64,000 bases of DNA from Amoebidium appalachense (GCA_963693365.1 CAVNZM010000016.1:7113029-7177028), one strand, 5' to 3'; positions 1 to 25,768 are shown, numbered from the stretch's first letter. Notes: generated from the sequence alone by a model not told the origin. Program-made: numbers and translations.

Positions 1-131
1 ATTCCCCCCCCCCCCCCCCCCCCCCCCGCCCCAGTCGACTCGACAGGCCTCAGCGGCCACAGCGCTAAGTATGATAAAATCAATCGATCTGATAGAAACG
101 TCTTCCAGATATCGCGACCAAGCACTTTTAA

Positions 132-399
132 AGGGGGTTTCTTTTAGCTTTTCGGGCCGGGTCGGGTCAGAGGCGATTCTAGCTATATGATTGGTGTGCT
201 GCGCATCAATTGCGCACCATGGTTTGGCTGGAAGCAAGGTACAGATGCGCCATAACACAAGAACAAAGAAAAAGAAAAGAGAAAAAAAAAAGAAAAATAT
301 ATAAGACTGCAGTTCATATCATGATTATATGCTGAATAAATGGCTTGACCCGGATGTGCTGGAATTGGTGCAATTAATCGGCCTAAAAGAAACCCCCCT
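132..399. mobile_element. Non-autonomous TIR element (MITE), Kolobok-like
   Basis: Inverted termini AGGGGGTTTCTTTTAG (132-147) and CTAAAAGAAACCCCCCT (383-399), differing only by one G/C in the homopolymer. TTAA flanks both sides (128-131, 400-403). A TTAA TSD with purine-purine (AG) termini is the Kolobok signature; piggyBac termini start with CC. No internal ORF. Confidence 0.6.
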
Positions 400-712
400 T
401 TAAGCAGCTCTAAAACCGCTTTTTCAATAGTAAACTGCGGTTCGCGTATTATAGAAAGTTGTTATACATATGCATATTATAGGCTTTGTAGCGATACCCT
501 ACTTGTTGGGGGTCTCTTAGCAAGAACGCGATCGAAAAATAAAAAAAACCTCAAATTTTGGTCTAGACGACGTGTTTTGACGTCTTCCGGTCCTGGGAGA
601 TAGGATAATCAATTATCACATATGGCCACACCATCTTTAAAATGTGTGTGAGTGTGTGAGTGAGACACGGGTAGGTGTGAATGTACATGACATTGTGTGT
701 GTGTATGTATGT

Positions 713-796
<84 letters not shown>

Positions 797-820
797 ATGT
801 GTGTGTCAGTGTGTGTGTGT

Positions 821-911
<91 letters not shown>

Positions 912-1505
912 AGTGTTTGGGGGGAGGGGGGGGAGGAGGGGGGGGGGGGGGGGTCACAGTGTTGTTGTTCAGAACACGACATGTGTCAACTTGAAGTGAC
1001 AGTTAAACGTTCAACAGTCAGGGTGGACACTAGCCGCTAGTAGTTCTACTAGTATTGACTTACGGAAGGATTTGCACAGGACAATATGCGGGCCCCTCGG
1101 AATATAATGAGATCACATTATAGAGTTTAGGGATTATAAAACTGCAGCTGAAACACAAAATGTTTAAAATTGAATAATTTTATTCAATGATTAACCTGGT
1201 CCATCGCTAGCGCTCATATGCGTGCACTAAGACTAATAGATATTAATAGTAGTATGCCAACGACATTTTATTTCAGAATCTTGCGTTTCTCATATCATAG
1301 GTAGGCGATTTTGTTCTGACATTAACACGGCATGCCCCAATCGAGCTAGCGCTGAGACAAAATGCTATCTGCAGTAGGGCTACATGGAACAAATATGTAC
1401 ACCGGACCCCCCCCCGACCCGACCCGACCCGACCCCCCCCCCCCCCTTCCCCCGGGCAAACACACACACACACACACACACACTGGCACACACACACACA
1501 CACTG

Positions 1506-1551
<46 letters not shown>

Positions 1552-1997
1552 CTTCTCCCCTGTACCAACCCACCAACTAGCCTAGAGAAACCAACCAGGC
1601 CGCCAAGATACCTTCAATAAAATGGCACTACGGGCCTTCCATGACATTGTAGGAGTCAAGAGAAAACACGGGATCAATTAACAGAGAATAATTACATGGT
1701 AGCTAGTGACTAAGTCTTACCGCGATGGAAAATACCCCTCTCTGTCAATCGCCATGTGCATCATATGCAGAGCCAAAGCCCTTATATACCACAGAGACCT
1801 CAACCCCTTGTGTGCGTTATTCTCCAAATTGTGATTTTCCGTAGCTCCTTATACTGTAAATAACTATGATGATTCCGTGGCATAATTAACAAAAAAAAAA
1901 TCTGCAGGTGCTATTCCGTCTATTCCACCAACAAAACAATCCAACTTCACACCAAGACGTACATTTCATTCGTCGCCTTTGTGATGGTATCGACACC

Positions 1998-5579
<3,582 letters not shown>

Positions 5580-5768
5580 GATGCCTGTCTTATCATAGTA
5601 CTAAGCTCGACTTGACAACCTGTATGAAAGTGGGAAACAAGTATATAACGGTTGTTGTTTGCTGAGCTGGCTACAGTAGAGTGTTGTATAAGTATGCGGC
5701 CTCGAAAACAAACAAGAAATTTAAAAGCGGCCGATTCAATCCTGGTGCCAAAATTCCTCCCAATCCCC

Positions 5769-5834
<66 letters not shown>

Positions 5835-6494
5835 ACCCCCCACCCCCCCCCCCGCCCCACGAGATACCCCCCCCATTTGCAGCTGTTTATAAAATGCTAC
5901 CCCCCGCACCCCCTCCCCCTCTCTCCCACCCCTTCTCCAGGTTCCCTTCTAAGGCTTCCTCCCTCACCTCAATATCGCACACACACACGCACACACACAC
6001 GCAAGAACACACGCACGCACACACGCAAGCCCACACACACACATGCAGACACACACTCACAAACATGACACGTATAAATGCACACACGACAAACACACAC
6101 AGAGACACACAGACCTGTCTCCAGCCCATATCACCCCACTTCCGTACACTTGTGTGCCTCAGCCCACCGTGGGACTTTAAAATTACTTGGGCAGGTATCA
6201 CCAAACCCGTTAGCTTTATTATTGTACCCAAATTCATGACCTAAATCCAGTAAACATCATAAACCAGGATTTTGTCCACCTTAAAACTATAAAATTAGTG
6301 AATTAGATAATGACCACCACCCACATTCTACACCTACGCATTATAATCAACCAACCCGTATTTACGTATATCCTTTACATTCAGTACTAGTAGTCAGACT
6401 GAGTTAATATAGTACACTCGATAACTCTTAGAGCCAGCTAAGCCAGGTGTGCATTCAAATCTCCACGAGACATTTGATGATCGTCACGGTGACG

Positions 6495-16286
<9,792 letters not shown>

Positions 16287-16753
16287 GTTGCTGTGCACAC
16301 AGCTAGGAGTGCACTATACACCACCCTGTAAATTACCCTGCTAAAAACTGAAAAGTGAACCACTAAAACAAACCACAAAACTAAAGACCGGCGAAGGAGG
16401 GCAAAAGAGTTGGGAACAAGTTGACAGTGGCGAGAGGTCGGGGGGGAAGTTGGCGGTGATTGGATGCGGGGATGCATTGGGCGGGAAATAAAATGATTAG
16501 GTAGGAACGAACCATGTGCTTACGTAAGTCTATACAGGTGGAACAGCCGCTCCACATGTACAGCTACACGCGTTACAGTTGACGGGTAGGAGTCACATAT
16601 ATAAGAGCCATTTTACTAAACCCTAACCCTATATTGCACTATATTTTAGAGAGAAGCGAATATAGCGGGATATACATAGGGTAGTTGAAGGAGAGGAGAT
16701 AACACAGCAGAAAGCATATATAGTGCAGCTGTTAGGCAGCGGAAATAGCGAGA
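16287..16753. promoter_or_regulatory. Short bidirectional promoter between AMT1 and the DUF2462 gene, with a telobox-like motif
   Basis: 467 bp between divergent ATGs, free of microsatellites. Contains TAAACCCTAACCCTA at 16617-16631. Confidence 0.5.
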
Positions 16754-17328
16754 ATGGTGCAGGGCGGTGCCAAGAAGGCTGCCAAGAAGCAGAAGTCGAG
16801 TGCGGCCTCCATCAACCGCAACCAAGGAAAGATCAAGAAAGGAGGTGGGGTCACGTTACTCGGGTGTGATTAACGTGTGAATTTGTGGTGGTTAATGGTG
16901 TTTTTTTCAAATCGCTGTCTTGTTACTGTTTAGCCCTGTAAGCGGAGTGGGAATAGCTCGGGGCTGCCACTTTAGCAAGAGCACACGTGGATGGTTGAAC
17001 TAAGAGCACGTGGGATGCTCGTGAACATGAGAAGTGAATCATTCCACTCGTCCGCATGCCTTGTGACAGGTCGAAATCCTGTGCCTGCGCGCACGCAAGC
17101 AAACGCGCGCGCACGCAAGCAAACGCGCGCGCACACACACACACACACCTACACACTCACGTAACCTGAACGCATGCATCCACAAGCGAACGCACAAACA
17201 CCGACACACACACACGCCCATGCAAACACAACCACACATGCACAAACGCCACAAGCACATGACCATACGCACACACATATGCTTTCTCTCTCTGCTCTCC
17301 TCCCCCTGCCCCCCCCTCCCCCCCCCCC

Positions 17329-17363
<35 letters not shown>

Positions 17364-17380
17364 CCTCCACACACACCACA

Positions 17381-17426
<46 letters not shown>

Positions 17427-17929
17427 CACACCACAAGAGGAGAAGGGGGGGGGAAGGGACGAGAAAGAAGAAAACCACCCCGCCTCCCCCATCGTCCCTC
17501 TCGCTTTCCCCCCCCTCCATAGAGAGAAACGACTTCAAGAATAAAACATTAAGTGATGGCGCTTTGCTTCTCATTTCCACCCTGCACACTATGTCGGTAA
17601 AAATTTTTAAAACAATTGCTGTACCAAGCAAGAGGTGTGATATGTGGGTGTGAAGGTGACGGTGTGGGGGTGGGGGACAGGTCGGACGATAGCGCCAAAG
17701 AAGCAGAAACTGGTGCAGGCCCAGAAAATGAAAAAGGTAATATGCACCTTGGCACTAGCCATAACATAGTTCCATCACTCATGGAGTAGCCTTCTTTTTT
17801 GTTCACTCACCACCATACTCTGCGCTGTTTCTGAACATGTCGTGGTGAACCTGTCTTGATAAGGATGGTGCGTTGTGCAGGGAGGGCACTTGTGGTTTTT
17901 GCCCTTGGTCTTTGCTAGCCCACCCCCCC

Positions 17930-17962
<33 letters not shown>

Positions 17963-18279
17963 TTTTGCTCCCTCCTTGGCCACAGCCGGTCCCACACCCT
18001 TTGTTGTTCCTCTCTCTGGGTCGTTCTACGTTCTATGGGCTGTTCTAGACGTGCAGACATGCAACCACCCAGCCTTTTGCAGCAGCACACACAAAGCACA
18101 GACCTCCACAGTATGATGGCATAGAATAGTAGCCAAGTCGCCTACACGTGAAGTTGTAAGAACATAAAAATGTACGGATTCGGCATGCAACCACACAAAC
18201 AAGCACTCACACACATCACATGGCATCCCTCCCTCACTCCCCGCCCCCCTCCCCCCTCCACACACACACATGCACACAT

Positions 18280-18362
<83 letters not shown>

Positions 18363-21300
18363 ACCATGGCCACTCACACACTGTCTGCAGAAACTCACCT
18401 CGGCCACTCTTGCTCAAATGGAGAAGGAGATTGCCATCAAGTCTCAGTCAAAGTATGCTGCCCCCCCCCCCCCCCCCCCCCCCCCCCATCTGCATACTGT
18501 GCACATGGCTGATGTTGCATACTTGAATGTTTGCCTTTGCATGTGTCCTGCACCATGCTTCTCGTCGTGTATGCGTACTTTGTACCGTGTTCCGCATTCA
18601 AAACCCCCCCAGTCTTCTTTCAGAGGTGTCCTTTCAGGACAGACCACTGTGTGGAGACCGCTTTACTTCCATGCAACCGGGCATGGTTGCTCTGTGTCGT
18701 GCATCTGTAAGCACATACACATTTTTCGCTGCACTGCATTAGTTTGCACACACATCTTCACCGTTTTGCTCACCTTGCTTGCATAAGCAACCCTGCTCGT
18801 CTTTGATCAAGACGGGTTGACCCGCCCAAGCTCAGTTGATGCTGCTGTCTGAGTTGGAGTGTCGTATATACGCGGGCTAAGGGGTCGAAACTCAGACGCA
18901 ATTGATGACTTGGGTCCTCCCTGAGGATGGGCTCTGCTTATGACGCATACTGTGCACATGGCTGATGTTGCATACTTGAATGTTTGCCTTTGCATGTGTC
19001 CTGCACCATGCTTCTCGTCGTGTATGCGTACTTTGTACCGTGTTCCGCATTCAAAACCCCCCAGTCTTCTTTCAGAGGTGTCCTTTCAGGACAGACCACT
19101 GTGTGGAGACCGCTTTACTTCCATGCAACCGGGCATGGTTGCTCTGTGTCGTGCATCTGTAAGCACATACACATTTTTCGCTGCACTGCATTAGTTTGCA
19201 CACACATCTTCACCGTTTTGCTCACCTTGCTTGCATAAGCAACCCTGCTCGTCTTTGATCAAGACGGGTTGACCCGCCCAAGCTCAGTTGATGCTGCTGT
19301 CTGAGTTGGAGTGTCGTATATACGCGGGCTAAGGGGTCGAAACTCAGACGCAATTGATGACTTGGGTCCTCCCTGAGGATGGGCTCTGCTTATGACGCAT
19401 ACTGTGCACATGGCTGATGTTGCATACTTGAATGTTTGCCTTTGCATGTGTCCTGCACCATGCTTCTCGTCGTGTATGCGTACTTTGTACCGTGTTCCGC
19501 ATTCAAAACCCCCCAGTCTTCTTTCAGAGGTGTCCTTTCAGGACAGACCACTGTGTGGAGACCGCTTTACTTCCATGCAACCGGGCATGGTTGCTCTGTG
19601 TCGTGCATCTGTAAGCACATACACATTTTTCGCTGCACTGCATTAGTTTGCACACACATCTTCACCGTTTTGCTCACCTTGCTTGCATAAGCAACCCTGC
19701 TCGTCTTTGATCAAGACGGGTTGACCCGCCCAAGCTCAGTTGATGCTGCTGTCTGAGTTGGAGTGTCGTATATACGCGGGCTAAGGGGTCGAAACTCAGA
19801 CGCAATTGATGACTTGGGTCCTCCCTGAGGATGGGCTCTGCTTATGACGCATACTGTGCACATGGCTGATGTTGCATACTTGAATGTTTGCCTTTGCATG
19901 TGTCCTGCACCATGCTTCTCGTCGTGTATGCGTACTTTGTACCGTGTTCCGCATTCAAAACCCCCCCAGTCTTCTTTCAGAGGTGTCCTTTCAGGACAGA
20001 CCACTGTGTGGAGACCGCTTTACTTCCATGCAACCGGGCATGGTTGCTCTGTGTCGTGCATCTGTAAGCACATACACATTTTTCGCTGCACTGCATTAGT
20101 TTGCACACACATCTTCACCGTTTTGCTCACCTTGCTTGCATAAGCAACCCTGCTCGTCTTTGATCAAGACGGGTTGACCCGCCCAAGCTCAGTTGATGCT
20201 GCTGTCTGAGTTGGAGTGTCGTATATACGCGGGCTAAGGGGTCGAAACTCAGACGCAATTGATGACTTGGGTCCTCCCTGAGGATGGGCTCTGCTTATGA
20301 CGCATACTGTGCACATGGCTGATGTTGCATACTTGAATGTTTGCCTTTGCATGTGTCCTGCACCATGCTTCTCGTCGTGTATGCGTACTTTGTACCGTGT
20401 TCCGCATTCAAAACCCCCCCAGTCTTCTTTCAGAGGTGTCCTTTCAGGACAGACCACTGTGTGGAGACCGCTTTACTTCCATGCAACCGGGCATGGTTGC
20501 TCTGTGTCGTGCATCTGTAAGCACATACACATTTTTCGCTGCACTGCATTAGTTTGCACACACATCTTCACCGTTTTGCTCACCTTGCTTGCATAAGCAA
20601 CCCTGCTCGTCTTTGATCAAGACGGGTTGACCCGCCCAAGCTCAGTTGATGCTGCTGTCTGAGTTGGAGTGTCGTATATACGCGGGCTAAGGGGTCGAAA
20701 CTCAGACGCAATTGATGACTTGGGTCCTCCCTGAGGATGGGCTCTGCTTATGACGCATACTGTGCACATGGCTGATGTTGCATACTTGAATGTTTGCCTT
20801 TGCATGTGTCCTGCACCATGCTTCTCGTCGTGTATGCGTACTTTGTACCGTGTTCCGCATTCAAAACCCCCCCAGTCTTCTTTCAGAGGTGTCCTTTCAG
20901 GACAGACCACTGTGTGGAGACCGCTTTACTTCCATGCAACCGGGCATGGTTGCTCTGTGTCGTGCATCTGTAAGCACATACACATTTTTCGCTGCACTGC
21001 ATTAGTTTGCACACACATCTTCACCGTTTTGCTCACCTTGCTTGCATAAGCAACCCTGCTCGTCTTTGATCAAGACGGGTTGACCCGCCCAAGCTCAGTT
21101 GATGCTGCTGTCTGAGTTGGAGTGTCGTATATACGCGGGCTAAGGGGTCGAAACTCAGACGCAATTGATGACTTGGGTCCTCCCTGAGGATGGGCTCTGC
21201 TTATGACGCATACTGTGCACATGGCTGATGTTGCATACTTGAATGTTTGCCTTTGCATGTGTCCTGCACCATGCTTCTCGTCGTGTATGCGTACTTTGTA

Positions 21301-21731
21301 CCGTGTTCCGCATTCAAAACCCCCCCCCCCCATCTGCCTCCCCCGGGTGGATGTGAATAGGTAGGTCAAAACACGAGTACTCTGGATGGTTTTGCTCCCC
21401 CCACCCCCCTCCCCCCGCGAACGGGCTCTGCGTACGATACATATTCTTTTTACACGTGTTTGCTTTGCAAAATGGTGATGTGTTGTGGGCCGTGTACGTG
21501 TGTTGCGTACTCCGTAACGCATTCTACCCCTCCCCGACACACACATGAACCTTAGCCCCGCTATCTTTCTTGCACTGTGTCCTAACAAACGTAAAATCCT
21601 GTACGCCCCACCTGAACTGACTTCCCCCCTCCCCCCTCCCACCCCCCACCCCCACCCCCCTCTCCCCCCACCCCCTCCACCCCCTCCCCACCCCCTGACC
21701 CAACCACCCACACCCGCGCGCGCGCACGCAC

Positions 21732-21802
<71 letters not shown>

Positions 21803-21890
21803 CACCTGGCCAATCAATCACAGCATGAAGATCATCAAGGTAGACACCCCGGCAGACCCCAAAGACGCAAAGGCAAAGGCCAAGAAGTGA
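16754..21890 (+). CDS. DUF2462/UPF0390 (C19orf53-like) small basic protein, 91 aa
   Basis: Exons 16754-16844, 17681-17736, 18391-18452, 21824-21890 (276 nt, phases consistent) give MVQGGAKKAAKKQKSSAASINRNQGKIKKGGRTIAPKKQKLVQAQKMKKKLTSATLAQMEKEIAIKSQSNMKIIKVDTPADPKDAKAKAKK*. The MxQG start and KGGRxIAPKK motif are typical of the family. Confidence 0.85.
18492..21319 (+). mobile_element. Head-to-tail array (6.25 units) of a 452/453-bp non-coding structured element, in intron 3 of the DUF2462 gene
   Basis: Unit starts at 18492, 18945, 19397, 19849, 20302, 20755 and 21208. By eye the copies differ only in a C6/C7 run. (C)n-ATCTGC lies on both sides (18461-18493 and 21320-21337), a putative target-site duplication. 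Confidence 0.9.
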
Positions 21891-22711
21891 GGACACTAAA
21901 GGGGGAGGACTGGATCGAGGGATTTTACGAATCGTGCACCCAAAACAGACCATTCCTCGATACTATCAACCTGCAGCAACTAACAACAAGGTTGGCCGTT
22001 TCGAGGTTTTCTACTTAACTACATGGTAGAAATTTGATGGCAAGGAATGTGACGCTAGTGAGGTTAAGACGGAAGTATGAATTTACGGTATGAAGGCATG
22101 CACATGCATTTTTTAGGCCCAGATACATATTGCACTGGGGGTAGGAATTGAGCAGGCAAATGATTGGTTGGGGGAAGTTTCCTTTTTTTGGGTTAAGCAG
22201 TGGTGACAAACATGCCAATATTGATCATGTGTATGTCCATCAGCCAATCAAAACTGTTCCTGCACGTGCAAGTCCATATATGGTTGCATAAGACACACAG
22301 TGCCTGCTAACGGGTAGCCCAAGAGCCCCGTTTCTTCTTTCCTTTTTCTTTTTTTGAAACTAGTAATGAACCATAGGGTCACCAGTGGTGTGCCCGCTTA
22401 AAAATAACATTTTCTGATCTGCAATAAAACTTGTTTGCTGGTTGAAATTCTTGAAGACTTTTTGAACTTCATGCACCCCCCCCCCCCCCCCTTCCTCCTT
22501 CCTTCCCGCCCGCCTTCACTCCGTGACCCCCCACCCTCACCCCCTTCACAGCAGCACCAACCTATATCAGTTAGAGAGATCACAAAAAAGTCGGTGTAAT
22601 CCAAAAGAACGTGTATGGAAGGATACATCCCAAACGAACGACAACAGACCCTCCCCCCCTCCCCCTCCTCTCCCCCCCCCCCCCCCCTCCCCACACACAC
22701 ACACACACACA

Positions 22712-22920
22712 CTATTCATTCTTCTTCTCCTCCTCCCCCTTCACCCCCACACCCTTTGCCAGCTCACTTGCAGCATGAGACCCCTCTACATGACCCACAC
22801 ATGCATATCTCTTTCTGTAGTATACCTCCCAGTCATTCAACACCTTCAGGTGGTCTGCTGATAGGGTGCTGAAGTCACTCAATGCATCGGCGGGGTTGAG
22901 AGACGACATACCTAGCCCCT

Positions 22921-23014
<94 letters not shown>

Positions 23015-24281
23015 TGGGGGGAGTGGCAGGGATAAGGGGGGGTAAGGGGGCATCAGTGTGTACACGTGTGTGTGTGGCGAGGGGGAGGGGACACCGTGGA
23101 GGTGCGCATGTGTCCATGTGTGTGTGTGTACGTTTGCGTGTGCGGACGCGCACGAATATTGGTGCACGCATGCGTGTGCGTGTTGGTGCATGCACCCATT
23201 CATTTGTGTGTTTTTGTGTACTTTTTATTGTTCTTTTTCTGTTGTTGTTGTTTGGGGGGGGGGGGGGGGGGATACACAGGAAAACCAACGAAAATCAACC
23301 GTGCAGAACAATAAATGGCAAGCAAAAAAAATACTCACGATGTATGCAGCATAGCCAGGCCCGGGGCGGAATGAGAGGGAATAGATATCTCCCACGTTGT
23401 GTGTTGGTATCAGGGTGTAAGTGGCATAGGCGCGTCAACACAAGGAGGTCTAGGTGAGGGAATGCTCTGGTGGTTGGGAAAACACGTGTGTGCGCACGTG
23501 CGCTCTGTGCTTGCCCGTGATTGGCTGCAATAAGAGAGCGTGTGCTTGGGTGTATGTGTTTTCATGGGGTGAGGAGGGGTGGATGGGAGAAGCCCGGGGA
23601 GAGAGGGGGGAGGGGGGGGGGGGGGGGGGGTATTACTGCACGTGCGTTTGATAAGAAAGAATGCAAGAAGGAAAATGTGATGCAAGAACTTTTTGCAAAG
23701 CACGCGAAGAATATGCATCATAAGCAGAGCCCATATTCCCCCCTTACCCCGGAGGGGGGGGGGGGGGGGGGGGGGGCAATAGCATACCCTAGACGCGTCT
23801 TTGCCGGCGAATATTGCATAGCCCTGGCCCGGGGCATACATCTCCCTGCGTGGGCTCACATCAAACACCCAGCCCTTGACTGCTACATACACAGGTAGGT
23901 CGGTGGAGCCATCGTACTGCTTGAGTTCTTCAACTGTAAACACCCTGTAGGAAGAAGAGGATAAAATTTAAAATAGTTTAAATTGTTAATGGTAGGAAGG
24001 AGCGAATGAGCAGAAGAAAAAAAAGAGAAAACAACAAAACAAAGCCCGCAGCAAAATGTAAACCCTGCACGCCAAGCACTGGTGTTGCAAGCTTTCCTTC
24101 CCATCAAGCACGATGTAAAGAGCTGCATGGTCACGCACACACCCAACAACACCATGTACACACACACATCCACATATGATTTGAAATCAACTGAACCTCT
24201 GCGAAGCAGAGAAAGGTACAAACTTACAATCGCCACAGCTCAGCTCATAAAGTATTGAGCAACACCCCCCCCCCCCCCCCC

Positions 24282-24314
<33 letters not shown>

Positions 24315-24523
24315 CACACTCACACCCAATGCATGAAAAAGGAAAAGACCAAAACAGCACACTTCAAAAGAGAAACCCACCTCTCCGGTGTGTCTGGTTC
24401 TCTGGGTGGCTCTGGTTTTTCTTCCTCTGTTTCGTGTTGGGTGGGTGGTGGGCTAGAGCGAACAAGGAAGAGAATAAACCCGACAAGCACGGGCACAGCA
24501 ATATATAGCCACGATAGCTCCAT
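22712..24523 (-). CDS. MAPR family (PGRMC/Dap1/neudesin-like) cytochrome b5-like heme/steroid-binding membrane protein
   Basis: Exon 24381-24523 encodes an N-terminal TM (MELSWLYIAVPVLVGFILFLV). Exon 23788-23944 encodes VFTVEELKQYDGSTDLPVYVAVKGWVFDVS..MYAPGQGYAIFAGKDASR. The exon starting at 22918 encodes GLGMSSL...LNDWEVYYRKRYACVGHV. The C-terminus is uncertain: read-through to the stop at 22712, or use of the GTGAG donor at 22767. An acceptor at 24529-24530 implies a 5'-UTR intron. Confidence 0.88.
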
Positions 24524-24618
24524 AGTGCCTGTGTGTGTGTGTGTTTTGGGGGGGGGGGGGGGGGGGGGATGTGGGTGTGGATATGGGTATGGGTGTGGGT
24601 GTGTGTGGGTGTGGGTGT

Positions 24619-24671
<53 letters not shown>

Positions 24672-24764
24672 GGTGGGTGGGTGTGTGTGTGTGGGTAGGT
24701 GGGTAGGTGGGTGGGTGGGTGGGTGTGTGTGTGGGTGGGTGGGTGAGTGCGTGTGCGTACGTGA

Positions 24765-24925
24765 AAGTAGTTAGGCAGAGGGAAAGGACCAAGCACGCAC
24801 CTGTGTGTGTGAGCACATGTATAGGTCTATGTGCATGAAGGTTAGTATCCTTCATGCACATAGACCTATACATGTGCTCACACACACAGGTGCGTGCTTG
24901 GTCCTTTCCCTCTGCCAAACTACTT
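24765..24925. repeat. Perfect long inverted repeat (68-bp arms, 7-nt loop)
   Basis: 24774-24841 is the exact reverse complement of 24849-24916, with loop TTAGTAT. The stem extends 8 more bp after one mismatch. Confidence 0.92.
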
Positions 24926-25536
24926 ACAGTTATGCATAACTGTTTGCACATGCATAACTGTGTATGCACGAGCGTGTAAGAAGGTGGGGAAGCGGGGCAG
25001 GGGAGGGGAAGGGGGGGGGGGGGGGGGAAGGAATGGGCTGTGAAGAAGTCACGAAGGGGGGAATGGGAAGGATGGGGGCTAAGTGGATTGATTGTGTTAC
25101 TGTGTGTGTGTTGGGGGGGGGGGGGGGGGGGGGGGGGAGGGGGGGTTGAAAGGCAAACTGGAAAAAACAAGAAACAAAACTAGACTCAGAAAAAGACAAA
25201 AGCAGGAGTGAGGAAGAGGGGAACGAAAGGACAACTTGGCGGACGCAAGGAGGAGGAGGTGTGGGGGGAGAGGAAAGACAGAAGGGAGGGGAGGGGCAGG
25301 GGGGAGGGGGGTGCAAGAAAACTACAAGAAGTCAGAGATACTTAAGGGAGGGGGGAGGAATCGGAAAAAGTGCAGGTAGGAGGGAGGAGGGGAGCGGGGG
25401 GAAGGGGTGGGGGGAGAAGTGAGGGAGGGAGGACCTGAAAGGAAAAGGCGGAAGGCGTAAAAAACGGAAGTGTGGGTGGATCTACCTACAGGGGTTAACA
25501 AACGGTAGTTAATTACTGTACATGCACTGTTGACCA

Positions 25537-25690
<154 letters not shown>

Positions 25691-25720
25691 CGTGCGCGCG
25701 CGTGCACGTGCGTGTCTCTC

Positions 25721-25768
<48 letters not shown>

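Noticed and set aside
18881-18932. Hammerhead-like words GAAAC...GTC...CTGAGGA in the 453-bp unit
   Set aside because: Only 4 nt separate GTC from CTGAGGA, so stem I cannot form, and the stem II flanks do not pair. An HDV-like GGCTAAGGGG and a minus-strand hairpin-ribozyme-like AGAA/GTC were also checked and lack the required helices.
19711-20143. Recurrent 60-99 aa ORFs within the 453-bp unit, and the idea of an endless ORF (453 = 151 codons)
   Set aside because: The frames shift with C6/C7 variation, have no recognisable motifs, and no frame stays open through a full unit.
18492-21319. CRISPR array, 5S/SL RNA/snRNA tandem array or SRP RNA
   Set aside because: There are no unique spacers, and no 5S, Sm-site/SL or SRP helix-8 signatures were recognised.
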